A stretch of 63,633 nt of DNA, counting the filler, from Octopus bimaculoides (lineage: Eukaryota): NCBI RefSeq assembly GCF_001194135.2. It is 6 parts of 6 records of this genome, joined end to end, with 100 filler letters (N's around TTAATTAATTAA, not from the genome) between each part and the next. Parts side by side here need not be neighbours in the genome. Positions count along the whole stretch, not along the records: positions 59,683 to 63,633 come from NW_026316911.1; 5 more parts are not named here. One strand, given 5' to 3'. The notes under the pieces are model-generated. The model had not been told where the DNA came from and did not search any database. It saw nothing but the letters and a program-made list of their open reading frames with translations. A program made the position numbers and the translations under genes. Every line of letters starts with the position of its first letter. Position 1 is the stretch's first letter. Below are positions 63,455-63,633 of this stretch, in pieces.

Positions 63455-63633
63455 AACAATAACAAAAACTTTTAAAAACCTTTAGANNNNNNNNNNAAGA
63501 AATATGATTTTACATACATATGAAGCATAAGTATTGAATACTGAAGATCTATAGAAATTGGAGAGCACTGTCGTTTGGATAATCTCTTCCTCATCATCAC
63601 CATCATCATCGCTATCATCATCACCCCCCCCCC

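Noticed and set aside
63541-63560. CTGAAGATCTATAGAAA
   Set aside because: No usable stem I or stem III, and no UH site.

Overview
AT-rich, microsatellite-dense, heavily gapped animal DNA. The SINE types, repeat density and [16 protein letters not shown] zinc fingers suggest an octopus or other coleoid draft assembly (inference). The window is not one locus. Five artificial 100-bp spacers (44N-TTAATTAATTAA-44N) join six scaffolds: 1-12939, 13040-40950, 41051-47328, 47429-55019, 55120-59582 and 59683-63633. Scaffold 2 holds the 3' part of a minus-strand, multi-exon IP3-receptor/ryanodine-receptor-like channel gene. I traced 15 exons by hand from GT-AG boundaries and reading frame; phases agree wherever adjacent exons are visible. 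They cover the RIH-associated region, the TM region, pore, S6, the Zn-binding His pair, a coiled coil and a long tail. The channel is not canonical: the GLRSGGGVGD pore motif is reduced to GLIGD, the luminal loop is very short, and there is a ~250-aa disordered C-terminal tail. One intron carries, on the opposite strand, a sequence that folds into a complete type I hammerhead ribozyme. Scaffold 3 has two tandem C2H2 zinc-finger genes that share a near-identical 3' region. The rest is tRNA-derived SINEs, a DD37D (maT) transposase remnant, LINE remnants, fold-back elements and simple repeats. Most ORFs in the supplied track are artefacts of microsatellites or N-runs.
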